Origin: Octopus vulgaris
Taxonomy: Eukaryota
Length of the DNA stretch: 64,000 nucleotides
Assembly: GCA_951406725.2 (NCBI GenBank)
Contig: OX597826.1
Location: forward strand, 49,166,001 to 49,230,000
Direction of reading: 5' to 3'
Under the pieces are notes generated by a model that saw nothing but the letters and a program-made list of their open reading frames with translations, did no database searches and had not been told where the DNA came from. Below are positions 25,495 to 41,319 of the stretch, one piece after another. Each line of letters opens with the position of its first letter. The stretch's first letter is position 1. Both the position numbers and the translations under genes were made by a program.

Positions 25495-25690
25495 ACTGGC
25501 AGAAACGTTAGCACGCAGGACAAAATGCTGAGCAGCATTTCATCCGTCTTTACGTTCTGAGTTCAAATTTAACCAAGGTCAACTTTGCCTTTCATCCCTT
25601 CCAGGTCAATGAAATAAATACCAGTTGAGCATAATCAACTAGACCCCTCACCCAAAATTTCAAGCCTTGTGCCTATAGAAGAAAGGGTTA
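25495..25690 (+). mobile_element. SINE A with (ATT)n tail
   Basis: CTGGCAGAAACGTTAGCACG...GTTCAAAT...GCCTTGTGCCTATAGAAGAAAGGG followed by (TTA)n. Confidence 0.85.
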
Positions 25691-26693
25691 TTATTATTAT
25701 CATTATTATTATTATTATTATTATTATTAATATTTAATCACTCACTTTATTTTCAATCAATACTTTAATTATCATCTTTATTCTCATCGATGTCATTACC
25801 ATTGTCATCGTCCTTGTCTTCGTTATTATCATCGCATTTACAATAATCATCATTGCCATCATCATCATCTTCGTCATCAACATCCTCTTCGTTATTATTA
25901 ACGATTTCATCCTTGTCCTTCTCCTTCTCATCTCCACAGTTGTCTTCGTCATCGTTAATGTTATTAACATCATCGTTCTTCTTTCTCGTTGCTGTGATCA
26001 TCATCAGCATCATCATCATCATCATCATCAAAACATCATTGTCAGAAGAGTTAATAACTAATAAATAAATCTCCTCACAGAAGAAGAAATAATAATAATA
26101 ATAATAATAATAATAGTAGTAATGATAATAATGATAATGATAATAATAATAATTGCTCGAGAAGGGGAAGGTGCAATGCCTTGTTTGAAAGATGAAATGG
26201 AGTGGAATATGAAAAGAAAATTTCAAATTACAGAAAAAAGATTAAAATGAGTCTCATAGAATTTCTATGCTTTTTTTTATTATTATACTTTACTTTTATT
26301 ATTATTATTATTATTATTACTATTACTGTTATTATTATTAGCATCATCATTATTATTATTACCGTTGTTGTTGTTGTTCTTGCCATTGTTTCATTCTATT
26401 TTGTTTAATGAACAGTTCTTCAAACGAGGAATTACAATGCCAAGAATGGTTCTTACAAAAAAAAAAAAGAATGCAACAAGCTTGTCACCCTCCTCTCCCA
26501 ACCACCACCCACTCCATTTACACACACACACATAATACACATGCATATATATATATATATATATATATATGCATAAGAGATTTCATTTTTCACATTTTTT
26601 CAAAAAAAATGAACCAAGAAAAATCATTACAATTTTGAATTACAATATAAACACACATGCACACAGCGACACACAGATAGACGACTATCTCAC

Positions 26694-26729
<36 letters not shown>

Positions 26730-26875
26730 ATAGACACACACGCATTTATATATATATGTACAAGTGTGTGTGTGTAGATATATTATATATATGTATATAT
26801 ATTATATAAGTATACATACACAAACAACCATACATATATAATGTGTGAGTGTATGAGTGTATATATGTATGTGTA

Positions 26876-26932
<57 letters not shown>

Positions 26933-27941
26933 CTTTATGTGTGTGTTTGTATTTCACTATAGTGATATACTTTCATGCATGAATGTATCATATTTAATTT
27001 ACTTAGCACCCTTTCAGCAAGGTGGTGGTGTTGGTAGTGGCAGTGGTGAATGATGTGAATAACATTGATACCAGTTATACACAGGGAGCTATATACATCA
27101 TCAAACATCTTTCTCTAAAATACAAAGTCCTCATCTTCCCTTTTCCTTTTCCTTTCATCCCTTCATCTTTTTACATAAACCCACACAGAAACACAAATTG
27201 TAAACCACCCTTTGAATTTCCCCCTTATTTGATACCCCTGTGGCAAATAAAAATCCCCATCATCATCATCATCATCATCATCATTTACAACTGCAGTTCT
27301 TTCTATTATTATTATTGTTGTTGTCATTTTTTATTGATGTTATTATTATTATCATTGTTATTAATTATTCTTGTCATCATCACCACCATCCACTTATTAA
27401 TTTATATTTAAAATATTCATTTCTTAAGAAAAAAATTTAAAAGCATAAGGAAATATAAAAGACAGAATTGTTTCTTTTGTGTGTCTTGTTTTTATGTGGG
27501 GGTTCAATTTTTTTATTCTAAATGATATTACATCTTCTTCTTCTTCTTCCTTTTACCATTCTTGTCAGTTCTCACAAAACAAAACAACAACAACAACAAT
27601 CATGATGATGATGATAATAATAATAATAATAATACATTCATATACAAAAGAAACCCTTCCTCTCAGGGACCCCTTTTCCCCTTGTGCATCATCAGGGTAC
27701 AATGAAAGGAAAAAGCAGAGAAAGAGTTTTCTATGTGTGTGTATGTGAGTGGGAACTTTTTTTTTGTCAAAAACTAAATTTCAATGAAAACACCACCACC
27801 TCTACACATTCACCCTCCCACACAAAAAATAATTTATAAAAAAAAAAAAAGAGAGTCTAAGGAATTGAAAAATGAAAGAAAGAAAAAAACTTCCACAAAA
27901 GAAATGACAATTATTCTTGGAGAAAAAAAAAAATTTTTATT

Positions 27942-27999
27942 ATGGAATATTATGGCATCAAAAGTATGAGCAACAGTTGCAGTGCCATGCAACTGGTTG
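27942..27999 (+). CDS. Candidate alternative first coding exon, MEYYGIKSMSNSCSAMQLV
   Basis: Open 58-nt frame from ATG to G|GTAACT in a unique island after an A-rich leader. No recognisable homology. Confidence 0.2.
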
Positions 28000-28237
28000 G
28001 TAACTAATGCAGTTCTTTGAGTTGTTGGTGTCGTTTTTTTTGTATAGAACGCCTTTTATTCTGTTTTTTACCATTTGGTGTGTGAGGGGGGGGCGCAGGG
28101 GGTTCAGTGTATTGTACAGAATTGATAAGATATGTATCGTTGCATGTTACTTAATAATTTTAAAAGTTTTATCTGTCTGGTAGATATTTATGCTATATAA
28201 GTTAATATTTGATAACATGTTAACATTAAGCATGTGA

Positions 28238-28278
<41 letters not shown>

Positions 28279-28473
28279 TAGATAAAGAGAGAGAGTGAGA
28301 GAGAGAGTTACAAACATGCATATATACATATATGTATTTGTATATAATATATATGTATATATATGTGTGCATTCTATATTTATATATAAATGTCTTATAT
28401 ACATATATGATGATTATATATATCATATATATGTATGCATATATATATACATCATATATAATATATATCTATA

Positions 28474-28589
28474 TCACGTCATGTGACCGACCAGTCCATC
28501 AGATGTTGTTAAACATCGCTGGTCACAATGCGTTCGCATTGTTTTAGCCTTCGAATGACGCCACCCCGCTGGCTAAGCGAGCAGGCCAA
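28474..28589. mobile_element. Short CpG-rich insert in (TA)n, probably a truncated SINE end
   Basis: An abrupt GC/CpG-rich block of about 115 bp inside a TA microsatellite. Single copy here, so the family is not demonstrable. Confidence 0.5.
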
Positions 28590-29361
28590 TATATGTATAT
28601 ATCATATATAATATATATGTATATATTATGTATAATATATAAGTATGTGTATATCATATATATTATTCATGCATGTATATATCATATATAAGTATACATA
28701 GATATAATTTTTATATTTTCTAGAGTTTTATAGGTTTTATTTTTTGTGCATTTTTGGCGGGGTTTGTCTTTAACAAATCTTTCCCGCTCCTCTTTATCTT
28801 GATCTTCTTGCATCTGTCTAAACTGGCAAGTTTGCAATGGGTATACAGACACCAAACAGGATTATAAAGAGGCCATAATCTACAAAAAGCAGACAAACCC
28901 CTTAAGCCCCCATATATATATATATTAACCAATATATTACCATTTTTATATACCTAAAATATGCTTATCATATTAATATATTAGCAATATATGTAGTATC
29001 ATTTTAATATTTTTTGTAATATTATTACCATATATATATATATATATTTTAACATCTAGAAATAATTTATAATCCCACATAATACCCAATATTATTGTGG
29101 TATATCATTTATATATATATTAGTATCGGTGTGCCTGTTGCTTATTTTGTTTCTAGTTGGTACTTATAAATTAATATCACTTCACTGTTTCCAGGCAGTT
29201 TCATGTTTATTCATTTGTCAACTATGATTTATATACTGTTCAGATTTTTTACACTTTATATCATTCTGTCTATTCTCTCACGGTCTTCTGGTGCACTACT
29301 TATCTGTGCATATATATGTCGGTGTGTTTCATTTTTTAAAATTAATGTGTGTGAGTATGTA

Positions 29362-29404
<43 letters not shown>

Positions 29405-29713
29405 ATATTATATAATATGATATATGTTAAAGTCTGTCTTGAATATGAGATAATATTGCTAGTGAGGATGGTTAAAAAAACAAATAAGACAAACAACAAA
29501 ACATGAAATAGTGGAAGCATATGCATATTCTTTTATTCTCACAGTTTCCTATTCTCTCATTCTTACACTCTTTGCTATTCCTTACCTTAATCTAATATTT
29601 TCCTAATCAGCTAAAATTATGAAATACCAGAATATATATGTATATAAGCTCAATTTATACACACACACTCCTGTAAAATATACACAGATATATAATACAT
29701 GTGTGTATGTATG

Positions 29714-29746
<33 letters not shown>

Positions 29747-30929
29747 ATGTATATATATATGTATGTATGTATGTATAATGATATGTGTGTAGTTGAGGTT
29801 ATGTAAACACCTGATGAAATTTCAGAAAAGTTATAAATCTGAACATAGTAGAAGTATGATGTATACACACAAAGAAATGGGTGCATATGTGTGTATATAT
29901 ATGCCTATATATATATATGCATATGCATGTTTTATATGCTGCATCACATCAAAATGATATTCCAAAAGTTTGGGAGAATTATATTCATAGACCCAAATGA
30001 TAAATTAATTTATTGAACAAATATACACTCACATGTATTCATTTATATGTGTGCATGTGCATATGTGCACACATGCATCTGATGTTATGTTTGAATTGCA
30101 GAATATTTGCTTTGTTTGTTTATGCTTAAATATAAATAAATAGATATATACATAAGTGTGTGTGTAGATATATATATATATATGCTTACATTCATGCACA
30201 TACAAGCATGCATAGAACTACTTATAAGAGAGAGTGTGTGTGTGTGTGTGAGCAGTTGTGGTGCAGTAGTTAACTGTAAAGTTTTACTCGTTCCATTCAC
30301 TTCATTAAAAAATTAATTAATAAATAAATAAATTAACCCAAAGAATATATTTCAAAAATCCTTCATTCTAAATAGTTTTTCCAAAGAATATTCATGATTA
30401 GTTATTTCACTTTTGCATTTACTTGGCAAGATTCTTCCTGTGGAAATTGATCGACTAAGTATAATTCAAAGAAGGAAAACATAACCTGTGTGTGTATGTA
30501 TGTACTATTGGCAAAGTGGCCCTCCCAAAATACAACAATATTCAGGACCTATATATTAGTAATTTCATAATGTTGTGATTTCATAATGCTGCAAGTTAAA
30601 CTAAAAGTTGCCGTTTATTAATTATTCCTAATTTTTTGATAACTTTGAAGAAAGATCTTGCAAAATCTAAAATTTGTCAAGAATTTTCTGGAGATGCTGA
30701 AAAGAGGAAAGGAGCTTCTCTTCTTCTTCTGTATTTCCCCCCCCCCACACCCACCCACCCACAAGTTTCATTTTCTGATGACTGAAATTTGAATTCAAAT
30801 ACTAATAGCTGAAAGGATGAACGTCAATGCCACCGTCAGCAGAATTTGAACTCAAAATGTAGAGCTGAAAAAAATGCCATTAAACATTTGTGTGACATTT
30901 TAACAATTCTACCAGCTTGCCACCTTTTT

Positions 30930-31287
30930 CTCTTATTCTTTTACTTGTTTTTGTCATCTGACTGTGGCCATGCTGGAGCAGCATCTTTAGTTGATCAAAT
31001 TGACCCCAGGACTTATTCTTTATATCTTATCTTTTGCCAAACCGCTAAGTTACAGGGACGTAAACACACCAACATCGGTAATCTAGCAATGGTAGGGGAA
31101 CAAACACAGACACACACACACACACACATACAATAGGCTATTTCGGTTTCCATCTACCAAATCCACTCACATGGCTTTGGTCAGCCCAAGCCTACAGTAG
31201 AAGACACTTGCCCGAGGTGCCACCCAGTGGGAATGAACCTGGTGCCATGTGGTTGGTAAGCAAGCTACTTACCACTCAGCCACTCCT
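30930..31287 (-). mobile_element. SINE B, full-length
   Basis: Reverse complement of family B, ending CAAGCTACTTACCACTCAGCCACTCC. Confidence 0.85.
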
Positions 31288-31289
31288 TC

Positions 31290-31750
31290 CATCATAGACA
31301 CAGGGCCAGAAATTTGGGGGAAGGGGGGATAGTCGATTACATCGCCCGCCACCCCCCCACCCCCCGTACTCTATTGGTACTTATTTTATCGACCCCATAA
31401 GGATGAAAGGCAAAAGTCAACCTTGGCAGAATTCGAACTCAGAATGTAAGGACAGACAAAATGCTGCTAAGCATTTCACCCAGCAAGCTAACGATTCTGC
31501 CAGCTTGCTACCTTAATGATAATTATAATAATAATGGTTTCAAATTTTTTCACAAGGGCAGCAATTTTGGGGGAGGGGATGAGTCAATTACTTCAACACC
31601 CCCAGTGTTTAACTGGTACTTATTTCATCAACCCCGAAAAGATGAAAGGTAAAGTTGACCTTGATGGAATTTGAACTCAGAACATAACAACGGACGAAAT
31701 ACCGCTAAGCATTTCGTCCAGTGCACTAACGATTCTGTCAGCCGCCTTCC

Positions 31751-31784
<34 letters not shown>

Positions 31785-31805
31785 TGATGATGATGATAAT
31801 TATTA

Positions 31806-31842
<37 letters not shown>

Positions 31843-31853
31843 CATTATTATTA

Positions 31854-31896
<43 letters not shown>

Positions 31897-32480
31897 TATT
31901 ATCATTATTATTATTATTATTATTATTATTTCTAACTTATCAATAATAGTATTGGTCAAATTCTCTATTTTATTGACCCCCAGAAATATTGAATACAAAA
32001 TTGGCCTAGGTAGGGTTTGAACTCAGAACAGAGAATTAAAACTAAATTCTTGCAAATACATCAAACAACCAATACACTACATCTCTCTAAATCAAGTATT
32101 TCGGTAATTAGGAATTATTTCTAATTTAAGGCACAAAGCCTGAAATTTAAGAGGAGGGTGGATTAGTTCATTAAATTGACCCCAGTACTTCACTGGTACT
32201 ATATTTTATCAACACTGAAATGATGGGGATAAAAAGTGTTGACCTAGGTAAGATTTGAACTTGGAATGTAAAGAGCATGGGGAATTTTGTCTGACACCAT
32301 GGCATAAGGCCAGCAGTTTCAATGAGAAGGAGTTAAGTAATTATCATTGAACCCCTATACTTGACTGCTACTTCATCTTATTGACCCCTATATGGATGAA
32401 ATGCAAAGCTGACCTCAGCAGGATTTGAACTTAGAATGTAAAGAACCAAACCAAAACAAACATAAGTCATTTTATCCTAT
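31290..32480 (-). mobile_element. Head-to-tail array of about 5 SINE A copies of differing age
   Basis: Repeated GGTACT...ATCGACCCC...GATGAAAGG...GAATTTGAACTCAG units separated by (AAT)/(ATT) tracts. Confidence 0.8.
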
Positions 32481-32751
32481 GTTCTAATTACAAGTCTGCT
32501 AAATATAATATTTGTCAATAGATTTGTTTAAAAATACCCAAATTCTTTAGTCACCACCACTACCACCAAATATATTCTGACAGACTCGTTATTTTTCTTT
32601 GAATTTCCTGACACTATCCTTTCTTTCTTACTTTCTTTCTCTATTTCTTTTTTCTTTCTTTCTTTTATTAATATATATATATATATATAAATATATATAT
32701 GTATATTTCTTTAGGATGTTTTTCTCTTTTTCTTTGTTTTATGTGTATGCA

Positions 32752-32815
<64 letters not shown>

Positions 32816-33731
32816 CATATATACATATATGCATATATATATATATATATATATACATACACACACAAATGAAGAGAGAGATACAGATGCATATATATAT
32901 ATATACACACACTTATAGATATACACGTAAAAACATGCATACATACACACACACACACATATATATACATATATATTCATATATATATATATATATGCAT
33001 ATATAAGTGTGTGTGTGTTTTAGTAAATGATGATAACAATGATGATCATGACAATAAAACCAAAAAAAAAATCTTGTGAAGGTGTGATGATGACGATGAT
33101 GAGGAAAAAGAGGATGATGGTGACGATGATGACAGTAATGATGGAGATGATGCTGGTACTGTGTTAAATCATGACTTGTCTATATTAAGCTTAAAGCGTT
33201 CAAGGAACCGAGGCAAAAATTACAAAGAATTAGTCCCCACTGTTATGAACTGATTGGTATAGGAGGTGGTGGTGGTGGTGACACTGGTAGAGGAGGTCAG
33301 AGTGTTCGTGTTGAGTATGTGAGAACGTAGGTGGTGGTGGTGGTGGTGGTGGCGGTGTCATTAGATGTGAGGTTGTAAGTGATAGTATGAGGGTGGGAAG
33401 GATGGTGGGGGGTGAAGGTGTTAGACGCAAGTGCCAGTTGTAGGAGGTTTGGCGGAAGGTGGGTGGGGTGGGGTGGGATAGTGCGAGTAAAGGGTGGAGG
33501 CTACGGTGACATGTGGCGTCGTCATGTTGTGTCATGCGTGTAACAAAGTGTGACGCGGGTGGCAGCGGAGGGGAATGGAGGACGGTGAAAGGTGGAGGAG
33601 CAGGGGATTATCATTGTAGTTGTGAGGTTGGGAGTAGGGATGTGGAATTGCAGGTTGGAGTCCTTCCACATGCACACTTACACATAGACACATATGTGCA
33701 TATATAAACATATGCACACACACATGTGTGC

Positions 33732-33807
<76 letters not shown>

Positions 33808-33878
33808 GTGTGTATGTGTGTGTACATATGTATTTACGTATGTATATATATATATATATACATAGACACATATATATG

Positions 33879-33924
<46 letters not shown>

Positions 33925-35031
33925 GACACATATATATATATGTATACATATATATATATATATATATGATGATGATGATGATATATATATATATATGGAT
34001 CATTGCTGGTGTATTTTATACAATTCCTTCAATAAAACAGTAAGGAAATACAAGCAAGAAATATTTTAAAATCCATGGAAAAGAAACAAAAATCTTTCAA
34101 ATATCTTTAACATTTCTTTTTTTTTATGTATTCTGTTTTTCTTTACTTTAACACAAAGTTGTGTATCCCACCCTTCATGTACCCTACTAATTTATGGTTA
34201 CTCGTCCAGCTGGTAATAACAGCTAAATTTCACAGTAATCATTCCATTATTGTCTGGAAACAGATGGAAGGACACATTGATTAATGGTGTCCTAGATAGA
34301 CTGGGTTAAAAGAAAAAAGAAGACATACAAAGATGTGGTGGTCTAATCTGGAATAGCTTTGATTGCAGGTCTCTTTGTTGACCCGGACTGACCAGCGCTG
34401 AAATAAAAGGAATTTAATTATATAAGACCAGAACACACATGGACACAGACAAAAATTATGCTTCCAAATGCAGATATATACACACACATTTACAGACTTA
34501 CATATATATATATATACACTCCCGCTGATATCTGAATTAAATATAGACCATCATTTTAAACATAAACATATATACATATAAACACATGCATAAAGTCATA
34601 TACATAGAAACAGATATAAGGAGATATATATATATATATATATATGCACATACACATACAAACCCATACACACACACATAAACATGCATGTATGTGCATA
34701 AACACTTATATATTAACATGTTCATAGAGACACATACATATACATATATGTACATACATGTACATACAACACACACATTCACATATAAGACACAATTGCA
34801 TTTAAGTACAGGCATTATATTGTTATATATAAACGCACACACAATGCATACATACACACAAATATATAGACACATAGATACATACACATGCATGAAAAAT
34901 ACAATTAGACACAAATACGCACACACACAAACACATATAACTATACATAAACACTCACCCATATAACTATATATATATGTATATATATATATGTATATAT
35001 ATATGTTTATATATATATATATATGTATGTA

Positions 35032-35065
<34 letters not shown>

Positions 35066-35160
35066 TATATATATATATGTGTATATATATATATATAAAC
35101 ACACACACACACACACATAAAATGCAATTACCTATAAACACACACACATCATTAGCACAA

Positions 35161-35199
<39 letters not shown>

Positions 35200-35538
35200 T
35201 GAACACATACAGATATATGAGACACAATTACCACACACAAACACACACATAACTTATGCATATATTTGCACACATTCGATCATTCATCTAAAACAACGAA
35301 AAACTCGTTAATGTTTGAATTTCCTAAAAATAAACATCAATTTTAGTTTATTTTCTTACTAATTTCCTTCCACAGAAATTGGTTCATTCAGGCTGGAGTG
35401 GAGTGGGGTGTGGCGGGAGATGGAAAGCGAGCGGGGTTTGGGTTGTATGTGCAGGTTGCGTGTGTATCCATCTATCCACCTATCTATTCGTATGTGGGGA
35501 TCTATATATATATGTATATGTATATATATATATGTACA

Positions 35539-35585
<47 letters not shown>

Positions 35586-35698
35586 ATATATATGTATATG
35601 TATATATATATATGTATATGTGTATATATATATGTATATGTATATATATATATGTATATGTATATATATATATGTATATGTATATATATATATGTATA

Positions 35699-35750
<52 letters not shown>

Positions 35751-35801
35751 GATAGATATTTATACATACACATATTTGTATATTTATATATGTGTGCATA
35801 T

Positions 35802-35851
<50 letters not shown>

Positions 35852-35927
35852 TTATTTATGTGTGTGTGTACACATATTAAGATTCATAGAAGAGATAGAT
35901 AGATATATTGACAAATGAATTGACATA

Positions 35928-35958
<31 letters not shown>

Positions 35959-36928
35959 ATTTCTCTTTATACTGCATTCTTCCAGCATTTGTTGTTCTTT
36001 ATCAAAATTTACCATTATTTCACCTGAATATAAACCAATGTCACTTTTACGCACTTTGTTCACCCCCACCTCTCCACCTTTTTTTTTTAAACATTAATTG
36101 TTTACGCAATTATTTTTTTTCATGAATTTTAAACTTATTTTACTTAATTTTTAATTTTGCTAATCTTTTTTATTTATTTATTTATTTATTTATTCATTTA
36201 TTTATTTATTTGTTTATTGCTTCAATACTTCCAGAAGCTAAAAAACAAGGATTCTCTCCAAGAACTTGTCATGAAATTCTTCCTACACAATTTCCAACAC
36301 AGTTAATAACTTCACAGCATGAATACCTGAGAATTAATTGTTGTTACTCTTTACTTTTACCTTCCCCCCCCCCTTTTCTTTTTCTCTGTTTGTGTATGTG
36401 TGTTTTAATTATGTTTGTTTGGTATAATAATTAAATTCCTCTTAATAAGGAAAAAATCTCGCCCACCCACTCACCAACTTTACCCATCTGAAAAAAAAAT
36501 GGCAAATTAAAAGCAAAAATAACAAGAATAAATGTATTCTGTAGAAGTTACTATTGACTTATTTTTTAGTGATTTGTGTAGGATGAGGAAGAGTATTGAA
36601 GTCTCATTACTTGTTCCTCATCAACAAAATTAATTTACTATATGGGGTTGGAAGGGCCAAACTGGTACCTGGAATTCCACGTCTAGCATTAGAATGGATA
36701 GTTTCCTTTAACATGCCCAAACTCCACCCAATTCATTATTATAAGTCATATATTGGTGTTTGTGTGTGTGTGTGTGTTCTTTTAATTTTTACCCGCTGAC
36801 TCGGAAGTAGGCTATGGATCCCCAATTCCAGCCCCCATTGTGAACTTGTATCCTAGTAGCTTATCAATCGGAGCACTCAGGTAGTGTACCTATTAGTTAA
36901 GATCACCAGTGGTCTAAAACCCTTCCTA

Positions 36929-36970
<42 letters not shown>

Positions 36971-36990
36971 GTGTGTGTATATTTATATAT

Positions 36991-37083
36991 ATTTTAAAGA
37001 GATTTGCTAAGTAAGTCTGGAACATTGCAAGAAGGTGCATCCTTTTCCTTGTTTACTTTATACCTTCTCATGTAGTTCCAGCT

Positions 37084-37137
<54 letters not shown>

Positions 37138-37488
37138 TATACATATTCACATACACAGCAACCCCAGCTGCAAACTGTCAGCTATAAAATAATTTTTTCA
37201 GTTTATTGAACTTCGACATGGGAAAAATTTACAATCTTTGTCAATAAACCATTATTGTTCCTGAAAGTTGTTCTTTTTATGTACTGCTTTAACCTTATTC
37301 ATTCCTTCACCTTGATCCTCGTATCTTACCCTTACATATATATATATATATATATATACATAATATATATAATATATATATATATATATGTATATGTATA
37401 TATATAATATATAGAGAGAGAGAGAAAGAGAGAGTGAGTGTGTGTGTAACATATATGTAATATACACACAAGTGTATTTATACTTATG

Positions 37489-37534
<46 letters not shown>

Positions 37535-37854
37535 GTATGTATGATATATATGTAATGGGCTTCCATCCATGAAATTCACTGACAAGGCATTAGTCAGTAT
37601 GAAGCAATTGTAGCAAACACTTGTCCAAAGTTCTGCACAGTGGGACTGAACCCAAAGCCATGTGGTTGCAAAGCAAAGTTCTTCATCACGGACCTCTATC
37701 AATATTTCGTTTGTCCAAACTTAATCAAATTACTTTGCCTCAGTGTGTGGCATAACTTTAAAGAAATTTGCTGTGCAAGAAGGTATAAAGTAGACAGAAG
37801 GAAAAAGATGCACCTTTTTGCAATGTTCCAGCCTTACTTAAATCTTTTTGAAAT
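36991..37854. mobile_element. Pair of about 78-bp inverted repeats bounded by (TA)n; possible DNA-transposon remnant
   Basis: 36991-37068 aligns to the reverse complement of 37778-37854 (TAAGTAAG.CTGGAACATTGCAA.AAGGTGCATC.TTTTCCTT...TACTTTATACCTTCT). Confidence 0.65.
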
Positions 37855-39699
37855 GTATATATATATATTAAGTGGCTATGTATCTTGCAAACTTGTGTAC
37901 CATTAATGCAATCCTCGAGCAGAATCAGTGCAAGGGAGAGTGTGACAAGGGTGGGCCTTTGAGATATAAGTAAAAGATCCACCCCATGAGTTAAACATTC
38001 AGTTTCTGTCTACCCAGTTTCTCCCACAAACCGTTGGTTGACCCAAAACTATAGTAAAAGTCATTTGCCCCAGATGTCATGCGTTCAGATTGAACCTGGG
38101 GTCTTGTGAATACAAACTGAACAGGTTAATCATTCAACTGTGCTGTATTCATATTTTTATTTTACTTTTTTTATATATCTAATATATATCTAGGGCAACT
38201 TTATCCAATCTGTCCTTCCTGTTTAAAGACAGTAAGGTGCAATCTGGTTGCTATTTCTAGCAGACTAAATTACTTCATAGAGGTTCATTTATCGTGTTGT
38301 TTGATTGTTTAGCTTTAGGTCCAACCAAGTCTATGTTCTGAATTGTTCTTTTTGAAGTCACTCTAACTTTTGTTTTTTGGGGGTTTGTGAGCATGTTTGT
38401 GCATGGTACAGGTAAATAATATATCTAGGACAGTGTGGCCTTCATGTTCTCAGCTCAATTGAGGGTGATTTGAAGATACATTGAGTACTATATCTAGCAG
38501 GTCAAAAGACCATGTAGTGACGCCTTCATAATATATCTAAGACATCTGTCCTTCCTGTTTAAAGACAATAGGGTGTGATCTAGCTGCTATTTCTGCTAAA
38601 TTACTTCATAGAGGTTCATTTATTGTGTTGTTTGTCTGTTTTGCTTCAGGTTTATTTAAATCCGAGAGAGCTCCTCTGGGGTTGGTTACAATGAATACCA
38701 GTAACATATTGCGGATTAATTTAAACATCTGTGACTTTATCATTATTATAACTATTATTACTCCTTTATTCCCTGACCAACACTACTCAGGTCAGCTCTG
38801 ATCTAGCACACATATGATAAAAGATATTTACAACTGTCAATCATTTTCAAAAGAACAGAGTATAATTTTACTAAGATTTGGTCGTTATTTCTAGCAGAGT
38901 GAGAAACTACATAGAGACATTATTGTTAGTTCATTCTTTCCTTCACTATTCTCATTGGCCAGGATGGAGAAAATGTAGGACTAAATACTTGGTGTACTGC
39001 TCACCATTCCAATATTTTGTAAGCATTTCTAATACAGACACCAAATCCTTAAATTCCTGAGATAGGTTAGTCAATTACGTCAACCCCCAGTGCAGCACTG
39101 GTGTTTTATTTTATCAACTCCGAGAGGTTGACAAAAGGCAAACTTGATCTTGATGGGGCTTGAACTCACAACATACAGAGCCGGAACAAATACCACAAAG
39201 TCCTTTTTTTTTTCCAACACTTTACTGATTCTACCAATCCACCATCCTCAGTCCTGGTCCTTAAAGATTCTATTTAATAAATAAACAAGAATTTGAATGA
39301 CCTTCTGAACCTTGCACCAAAGTGATTCTGTGCTGCTGTTGTTTAACCCCAGGTCATCCTTAACTGGGTGCTGTGGTTCCCAACATCCTTGTTTGAAGTA
39401 TGATGTAACCAGGACTGCATTATTCCGGATACACATGACCCTTGGCTATTCTTCTTTTTTTTTATATATTTTCTCATAAAAAACCCTTAGCTATTATTCA
39501 GATAGGCCAGCAAATAAATCAGTCAGCTTGCCTGTTGGAAGACACTCCTTAAATGGCCTACATGCTGCAATCTCTGTTAAAACATATAGCTTACATATTA
39601 AAATGAATCAGAAAATACTGGCTAACTAGCACACAGACAGACACATATACACATTCACATAAATATGTATGTATACGTGTGTGTGTGTATGTGTATGTA

Positions 39700-39740
<41 letters not shown>

Positions 39741-40095
39741 ATATATGTATGTATGGGTATGTGTGTATATATAAACATATGTATATGCATAAATGTATGT
39801 ATGCGTATGTGTGTACAAGCATATATACGTAAGTATATATGTATGTCTGTATGTATATCTTACTATATAGATAGACAGATAGATAGATATTTATATGTGT
39901 GTGTGTTGTTATTATTTTCATTAGAATTACATCACTACTGGTTTAATGCGTTTTCCTGCAAAAAGTTGGATTGGGGTGGCCTTCACTTGAAAGAGTTTAA
40001 AAGAGAAATATCTCACCCTTTCCTTCTCTTCTGATATAAATATATATATGCTGTGTGTATGTGTGTGTCTTTATGTATATATACACATAGATATG

Positions 40096-40192
<97 letters not shown>

Positions 40193-40500
40193 TTATATAT
40201 AGATATAATATAGATAGATAGATACACATACACATGTATGTTACCGTGTGTATATGTATTCATAAATGTTTCAATGGGTATATGAACAATATCACGCAGA
40301 ATAACATAAATATTTGTAATGGAATATAGAAATATTTAAATTAGGAATTAATCCCTGGACTGTTTTCATTTACTCCAAGAATATATATATACTCACACAC
40401 ACACACACAGGCACATAGATACATACATACATACACACATATATATATACACACATATACACACATAAATATACAAACACATACATACATGTATATACAT

Positions 40501-40560
<60 letters not shown>

Positions 40561-41176
40561 ACTACTTATACATGTATGTATATATTTATATATAGATATG
40601 TAAAAAAAGTAATATGTGTTGTGTGTGTGTATGTGTGTTGTGTGTATGTGTATGTGTTGTGTGTGTGTATGTGTGTTGTGTGTGTGTGCATACACATGTA
40701 TACAATAGAATATATCTAACAGAAAATTAATACAAAAAAAAATAGATATATAGAAAGGGATATACATAGACCAAAAGAAGGTGTGTGGATGTGTTGGTCT
40801 ATAGGTGTGTGGGTGTGTGCATGTGTGTATATACCCGAAATAATATATATATGTACAAAAGAAAACATTTGCTGTAAAATTTCACTGACAAACATTGATT
40901 TTGTTGAAAAGTTGTATATAAAAATAATATTGTATAAAATAATATTATGTAAAAATAATATCTTGTAAAAAATAATATTGCTGTAACTAAAACGGTGTCC
41001 ATTGTTATGTTTATTGTTACAACCCTATCTGTGGTGGTGGTCTTGTTATAATTGTTGTTATCTGCGTAGTTGTTGTTCTTCATATTTATAAAGCCATATG
41101 TGTGAGTGTGTGTATGTGCGCGCCCGCTTGTGTTTGTGTGTATATGTATATATACGCATGCTTGCACACACACATA

Positions 41177-41296
<120 letters not shown>

Positions 41297-41319
41297 ATAT
41301 ATATATGTATGTATGTATA

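Noticed and set aside
36213-36340. TTATTGCTT (miR-137-like start) and an acceptor CTTCCAG with open frames
   Set aside because: No precursor hairpin, no convincing donor and no recognisable peptide.
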